The notes under the pieces are model-generated. The model was not told the DNA's origin. It saw only the letters and a list, made by a program, of their open reading frames with translations, and did no database searches. From positions 12,338,001-12,402,000 of the forward strand of contig OX442314.1 of NCBI GenBank assembly GCA_949358305.1: a stretch of 64,000 nt of DNA, written 5' to 3'. This stretch comes from Strigamia acuminata. Its lineage: Eukaryota. Position 1 is the first letter of the stretch; every line of letters starts with the position of its first letter. This document shows, one piece after another, positions 60,456 through 64,000 of the stretch. The translations under genes and the position numbers were made by a program.

Positions 60456-63242
60456 TCATCGCTCTCCTCTGCGAAGAGCCGGCAGCACTCCTCTGCATGG
60501 GCGGAGGATCACGGGTGGCACTGCCGGTGGCGGCGGTGGTAAATCCGGGGGCAGAGAGGTTGTCAGATCCGCAGGATTTTGTCGCTCGTTGATGAAGTAC
60601 TGCGGGTGACTGCCGGCTGGCTCGCCAACCAACCCCGTACGCTCATGGATCCAAATCCGGGTAGACGCGGGGAATCGATCGGGGACGAGTCGGATCCTTC
60701 GCGACTCGGCGCTCGATCCGGGTTTCCTGTGGGCCCGTAGGATACGGCGATGGAAGACGGCGTCCATGGTGGATCGGGCTTCTCTGTTTAGCCATTTGAG
60801 GATTGATTCGCCGTGATCGTCGGAGTCAATGATGCGTTGTCGCGTGAACTCCGACATCTGAAGGAAGGGGTATTCCACTCCCAGCCTCAAATAAAGCTGC
60901 GCTGCTGGGGGCGGCGGAGGCGATGGTGGGAGCGGAATCTCCATTGGGCTCTCCAACGGTGGCGTAGCCGGCTCTGCAGAGAGAGCGGCCAGCCCTGCCG
61001 CTGGTGGTGAAGGAGAGGGCAGCGGAGGAGTTCGGGGTCCTCGCTTGGAACGCTTCGGAATCAATATGGGTCGATTCGCGTGTCGCTTCTCCTTCGGGAA
61101 TACCGGCTTTGGGGTCGGTATGTATGGTTGGACCGCCGCCTCTGGGGGGGCGGTCTCGATGGCCTGTGGAAGGCTCGCCGCCGTTCCCGGTATCTCCGGA
61201 ACCTCCCGAATTGTTCGCAACAAGGAAGGGTGGACTCCGGGGTTCCGGTAGCGGAATGCTAACGAACGCATCTTTGAAAACTGTAGGCCTGGGTTTTCCG
61301 TATTTCTGGCCAGGTCGAAGCGCAGCGAGGCGGGCTCAGGAGTCCATCCGGCCCATACCTGGTACAACGCCCGAGGAAGGTGAACTCCCTCACGGTCGAC
61401 GATTGTCCAGGCCGCCATAGCTTGCCGACTGTCCAAGAAGACGCCCAGGGATAGCAGCTGGGCCAGTACGTTCGTCACAGCCAAATTCAAACTGCTCCGA
61501 TGGCAGGGGTGAGCGCGGTCCGGATTGTCACTGAATTGCTGTGACAACGTCCGCATCTGTTCGATCGCCCAGTTGATGTGGTGAGTTTGGGCGGCGTCGG
61601 CCTGTCGTATGGCCAACTCGGCAATCGCGGGGTTCTCGTATTCGGCCAGATATTCTTGTAACTCGCTGAGTGAGGGATAGGCCGCTTCACGCCGGCATCT
61701 GGCGTCCATCCCCCGCTGCGCGTACCACTCGGCGTTGCGATGAGGATGGTACACTCGTGGCGTCGGGGGTGACGGTGGACGGCCCATCCCTGGTAGGTCG
61801 TCGTATCTGACCCGTTTGGGAGTTGGATCTCCCACCGGAATCATCCGGGGAGGGGTCCACGTGGTCACTGCTGGGTTTGTACCCTCGAGGAGTGGCGGCC
61901 ATCGCGATTGCACCTGTGGGGGCACAAGCGCGGTGGGCACAGCCGGTGTTGAGCCCGACGGCCGGTTGGCCGCGTATCCTCGGAAGGCGTTCTTCAATGC
62001 CATGGCCAGATCTTGTTTCGTGACCGGTCCATCCTTGTCCGACTCTTCTTGGGATATTTGTTCTTCCGTCAATTCTCCCAAATCAATCTCTGCCTGGAGC
62101 CTGGACGGCCCAGCCGCGGATCCGAGACTTCGGGGTTCGGACCTTTTTGCGGCGGCCATCTCTCGCTCTTTCTCCAATCCTTTCGCGATCAGAGACCGCG
62201 CACGCGTCTTCTGTCGTACTTTACGCTTCCGATTCCTCCTGGTGTTGGCTGCGACGGATCTTTGTTGGACCGTCCTCTGGGGGACGTCCGTCGGGGAATC
62301 CGGTCTCTGGTGTGTTGAGACGGTTCGTCGCGACGAGGATTGATCTGACGACTGTGTGGTAATCGCCATAAACAACGAGGATCTTTTCTTTCCTCGATCT
62401 TGGTGTGTCTCGGTCCTCGCAGCCCAGTGGGCGGAAGATTCGACCGTTCGCTCAGCCCGCGCGTCGTCTGGCGAGGCAGGCTCGAGCGTTACTACTCGGC
62501 GACACTCCGAGCGCACGACAACTCGAGTTCGGGAACTGGAGCTGCTCGAGCGGCTGCGGTAGTCGCGACTCGTTGACGGGCCGGCCTCTGTTGGGGAGAC
62601 GGCCTGTCTTCTTCGTGCGGGTCCGCGTGGGGCGGACTCCGCCGGACGCTTCGATCTTCTGTGATGGCGGCGACTTCCCAGGATACCAGCGTGGTATAAC
62701 TGCCACATCTCAGACTGCGTGGCCGTAAAATTCGCCGGTGGTATCCATCTGGGTGTCAAATGGTCTTCTTCGATGTCGCGAAGCCATCTACGGATTTCTT
62801 CGGGGGAGAAACCGTTTCTCTCGAGAACTCGGGTTACTCCGTGAGTCTCGGTGCGCTTTAAGCGTTCGATCTCGTCGTCCACTATTTTCTGGCGGGCTGC
62901 CAAGGTCGGGGCCTCGCTCCACCTGTGGGAGGTGTGCAGCTCGGCCACCGTGCCTGGGTAAGCCTCTTCCAGGTACCCGGAGTAAACGGGGCTCGGCGGA
63001 TCCGCATCGGGTGGGATCCGCGGCCCCACTCGCTCCCTCATCTCCTTCGTCATGCACTCGACCAGCGTTTTCGATCGCTCGAATTTTTCCTCGAGGGTCC
63101 TGGAGTACATCAATCGGATTTTCCAGGCGCTGGTCTCTGCAGGATAGGCCTGCCGCAGGTAAATCGGCAGGGCTCCGCGAAAGATGTTGTTGGCGGTTGA
63201 CACCGTCGAAGGCAGGGCGTCCCACGATTCTAGCGGGTCGAC
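60456..63242 (-). CDS. Large exon (928 aa) of an unknown Arg/Ser/Pro-rich protein in the putative LTR element
   Basis: 2.8-kb uninterrupted GC-rich frame with no ATG at its 5' end; begins at a TTATTCAG|G acceptor (phase 0); stop lies 35 bp before the purine tract. Confidence 0.8.
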   Translation of the reverse strand, partial: VDPLESWDALPSTVSTANNIFRGALPIYLRQAYPAETSAWKIRLMYSRTLEEKFERSKTLVECMTKEMRERVGPRIPPDADPPSPVYSGYLEEAYPGTVAELHTSHRWSEAPTLAARQKIVDDEIERLKRTETHGVTRVLERNGFSPEEIRRWLRDIEEDHLTPRWIPPANFTATQSEMWQLYHAGILGSRRHHRRSKRPAESAPRGPARRRQAVSPTEAGPSTSRDYRSRSSSSSSRTRVVVRSECRRVVTLEPASPDDARAERTVESSAHWAARTETHQDRGKKRSSLFMAITTQSSDQSSSRRTVSTHQRPDSPTDVPQRTVQQRSVAANTRRNRKRKVRQKTRARSLIAKGLEKEREMAAAKRSEPRSLGSAAGPSRLQAEIDLGELTEEQISQEESDKDGPVTKQDLAMALKNAFRGYAANRPSGSTPAVPTALVPPQVQSRWPPLLEGTNPAVTTWTPPRMIPVGDPTPKRVRYDDLPGMGRPPSPPTPRVYHPHRNAEWYAQRGMDARCRREAAYPSLSELQEYLAEYENPAIAELAIRQADAAQTHHINWAIEQMRTLSQQFSDNPDRAHPCHRSSLNLAVTNVLAQLLSLGVFLDSRQAMAAWTIVDREGVHLPRALYQVWAGWTPEPASLRFDLARNTENPGLQFSKMRSLAFRYRNPGVHPSLLRTIREVPEIPGTAASLPQAIETAPPEAAVQPYIPTPKPVFPKEKRHANRPILIPKRSKRGPRTPPLPSPSPPAAGLAALSAEPATPPLESPMEIPLPPSPPPPPAAQLYLRLGVEYPFLQMSEFTRQRIIDSDDHGESILKWLNREARSTMDAVFHRRILRAHRKPGSSAESRRIRLVPDRFPASTRIWIHERTGLVGEPAGSHPQYFINERQNPADLTTSLPPDLPPPPPAVPPVILRPCRGVLPALRRGER

Positions 63243-63802
63243 CTGAATAATTTTAGATCACAAGATTAATATAATAAATCCCAGTTTAACGATGGGGATC
63301 AGAAATATGCTCAAGATCGACGGTGGCAGCAACTCCTTTCTTTTGTTGCGGCCGTCGGTCTTATTTTCTTGTTTCGCAGTTCTGCGATGATCTCCGCCGT
63401 CGTAGCGCTGATCCAACACTACCTTTGAACTCAGGTGATCCGCTTTTTAGGAAGGGGTCGCAGGCAAAACCGATCGTTAAATTCTTAATATTACGTTAAA
63501 CTTTTTATTTTAACTCTAATCGTATTTTAATTTATTACGATGTTTAATTTTAAAAGAAAGAAAACCTTTAGTTTTGGTTTTGGTTTGCCACGACGCCATT
63601 CCGCGAACACTTCCTTTGTTCTAGTTTTTTGGCGGCCTTGACTCCGAGGTGAATCTGGGTCCACTCTCGGGTTTTTAGCCAGCCTTAAATCAATAATAAA
63701 ACAGAAAGAAATATATCAGTCACAAGTCACGCTCCAATCTGGGTTGGATGCAACAGATTCAAAGAATTATGTGATTTCTCTGGGGAAATCACACTAATTT
63801 AC

Positions 63803-63919
63803 CTGCAACGGCGGTTGTTCGTCCCAATTCTCATCGTCTTCTGCATTTACGATTAGGCCGTCGCTCTCGTCTCTCGACGATGCGCTCGGCTCTAATCGTG
63901 GGTTGCGTCGATCGGCCAT
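63803..63919 (-). CDS. Predicted first exon (MADRRNPRLEPSASSRDESDGLIVNAEDDENWDEQPPLQ) of the same gene
   Basis: GAAATGG start context, 39 open codons, donor CAG|GTAAAT in phase 0 that joins in frame to the acceptor at 63242; total 967 aa. Confidence 0.6.
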
Positions 63920-64000
63920 TTCAATTTAGGAAAATGAAGTTTTGTTTGAGAGGTCTTTGTCTTTCTCTTTGGGGGAGAAGCAAAAACACGTCTCGTCGTG

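Noticed and set aside
60456..63242. Calling the large ORF env or gag
   Set aside because: No signal peptide, clear TM anchor, Cys-rich ectodomain, Zn knuckle or capsid motif that I can recognise; left unassigned.
60813..63250. Plus-strand and alternate-frame ORFs overlapping the large minus-strand ORF
   Set aside because: Short shadow frames in GC-rich DNA with no independent coding signal.

Overview
AT-rich eukaryotic (animal, probably arthropod) genomic DNA, not prokaryotic. The only recognisable host gene is a + strand KChIP (Kv channel-interacting protein, NCS/EF-hand family). It has six core exons at 56821-59375 and several candidate alternative 5' exons (11992, 22883, 43209, 55343), all ending in phase 1 and so compatible with the first core exon. 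Its long 5' introns are full of transposons: an intact Mag-like Ty3/gypsy element (12309-17042; identical 129-bp LTRs; TTAAC TSD; single Gag-Pol ORF), a small degenerate TRIM-like LTR element, an internally deleted MULE with a 9-bp TSD, a 1.6-kb inverted-repeat element carrying a decayed tyrosine recombinase, many MITEs (some nested), two copies of a 31-bp minisatellite and an isolated WDR81-like gene fragment. About 210 bp after the KChIP stop begins a GC-rich minus-strand element that runs off the window. It shows a polypurine tract plus a putative ~820-bp 3' LTR, directly preceded by an apparently intact, probably two-exon ~967-aa ORF. That ORF has no recognisable Gag, Pol or Env motifs and is the most novel-looking item here. 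All family assignments come from reading motifs by eye; no searches were run.
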